From the NCBI GenBank assembly GCA_964572735.1, contig CAZNHE010000005.1, positions 8,170-72,169 of the forward strand: a DNA stretch of 64,000 nt, given 5' to 3'. This stretch comes from an uncultured Chitinophagales bacterium. Lineage in GTDB: Bacteria; Bacteroidota; Rhodothermia; Balneolales; DATFMH01. The notes beneath the pieces are model-generated. The model was not told where the DNA came from, did no database searches, and saw nothing but the letters and a program-made list of their open reading frames with translations. This document shows, piece after piece, positions 63,016 through 64,000 of the stretch (positions are counted from its first letter, which is position 1; each line of letters starts with the position of its first letter). The translations under genes were made by a program, and so were the position numbers.

Positions 63016-64000
63016 TTATTTCGACCGACGAAAAAGGCCCAGAAATTTGTTGACAAGATTGTATGATGGGGGTACCGCCAGACTGTTTTCCTGTGAAGCG
63101 CGGACAGCTTCAAAACCTCGTGCGGTCATTTCCAGTTCGTACTCTTCGAGAGCATGCAAGAGCGTTTTGTCCCTTGAAGCGGTGGCCGTCAGCTTGTTGC
63201 AAAGAGATTTGGCATCCCAAAGCGCCATATTGGCTCCCGAACCCCGGGAAGGCAGCATGGCATGAATGGCATCGCCGAGCAAGGTCACGTTGGTTGTTTT
63301 CCACCGCGGGACCGGGGTCGAAGTTTGCATCCGCAGACAGAATGTCGCATCGATGTATGCCTGTTTTACGAGTTCGCGAATCGCCGAATCCCATGTCCGA
63401 ACCCGTCGAAGCGCCAAATGGTGCAAATCGGCGGGGCTCATTGCGAGAAGTTCCCGGTCGGAACAACCAAGTTGAGCGCTTTTGCCCGTTAAAGCCCACA
63501 TCATGTAATCTTCGGCCTCGTTAAATTCTGCCTCGGGAGCCAGCCGGGCTGCGGCTTCGCCGGGAGATTCTTTAAATTGGACCAATCCCGCCGCCAAACC
63601 TAACTTTTGCTTGTGATCGATAGCGGAAATGAAACCTTTTTGCAGCAGTTCCGGAATCAGAGGACGGGTGGAATCGGTCAGTAGCGTTTTTCCGTAAATG
63701 CAGCGGGCGCCGGTATCGATGATTTGCGCATCGGGCAACAATTGCCGGCGCACCTTAGAGTGGATGCCGTCCGCACCCACCAGCACGTTTCCTTCGGCGA
63801 CGCTGCCATCGGCGAAGAAGGCTTGAATTCTTCCGGAGGGGCCCGTCTCATAATGTGTGAATGGTTTGTCATAATGCAAAGTGTCGCCCAAACCGGCGCG
63901 CAGCACGGCGGATAGTATGCCCCGGTCAACCGAAGTGCTGATGGCCGCCGGGTTTTTGGGTTTGGCGCCGTCGTCGGTTTTGTCAGGTTCACCCGCGAAT
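63016..64000 (-). CDS. FAD-dependent monooxygenase (aromatic-ring hydroxylase family); the N-terminus lies beyond the right edge
   Basis: The motifs LVGADGIHSKVRR and LLGDAIHAMLPSRGSGANMALWDA are present. The reading frame stays open to position 64000 (…FAGEPDKTDDGAKPKNPAAISTSVDRGILSAVLRAG…). Confidence 0.8.
   Translation of the reverse strand, partial: FAGEPDKTDDGAKPKNPAAISTSVDRGILSAVLRAGLGDTLHYDKPFTHYETGPSGRIQAFFADGSVAEGNVLVGADGIHSKVRRQLLPDAQIIDTGARCIYGKTLLTDSTRPLIPELLQKGFISAIDHKQKLGLAAGLVQFKESPGEAAARLAPEAEFNEAEDYMMWALTGKSAQLGCSDRELLAMSPADLHHLALRRVRTWDSAIRELVKQAYIDATFCLRMQTSTPVPRWKTTNVTLLGDAIHAMLPSRGSGANMALWDAKSLCNKLTATASRDKTLLHALEEYELEMTARGFEAVRASQENSLAVPPSYNLVNKFLGLFRRSK

Overview
This 64 kb window looks like chromosomal DNA from an FCB-group bacterium (Bacteroidota, Rhodothermota or Balneolota-like). 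That guess rests on a PorQ-like T9SS outer-membrane (OM) protein, a very large LptD and the style of the signal peptides; it is not proven. Most of the window is GC-rich, densely packed housekeeping sequence: pntAA-pntAB-pntB, trxB, comM/yifB, priA, scpB-rluB, fdxA, folP, nrnA, an htrA-like gene, cutA, tRNA-Leu, tig-clpP-clpX, aroC, mlaEFD, a ppiD-like gene, ribD-ribE, lptD, a ROK kinase, an ftsB-like gene and tRNA-Arg.

Two regions are accessory.

(1) About 18.6-33.6 kb is a visibly AT-richer island with no integrase, transposase or tRNA. It carries a tightly packed five-gene minus-strand operon (18829-31306) in which every product has an N-terminal signal peptide. In transcription order these are a 583-aa POTRA-less OM beta-barrel, an 1868-aa giant protein, a 239-aa protein, a 699-aa FN3-rich protein, and a 750-aa protein with IPT/TIG domains and a 7-blade Kelch propeller. 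A small lipoprotein-like gene and an AraC-family regulator also lie in the island. I cannot place the operon in any described secretion, pilus or adhesin system, and it is my best candidate for an undescribed cell-envelope system.

(2) About 60.15-63.1 kb, next to tRNA-Arg, holds a small stress-gene cluster and what reads as a fossil type II CRISPR-Cas locus. The fossil has three parts: a tracrRNA-like gene with nexus and UUCG-loop terminator, the first ~31 codons of cas9 (RuvC-I motif ILGLDLGTNSIGWA), and a single 36-nt GTTGTG... repeat. That repeat can form a 23-bp bulged duplex with the tracr anti-repeat.

Other observations are a 51-nt intergenic repeat present twice 56 kb apart (44/51 identical), a 925-bp noncoding gap at the island's left edge packed with GC-rich stem-loops, and several terminators and palindromes. 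All functional calls come from reading the ORF translations and motifs by eye; no database search was run.
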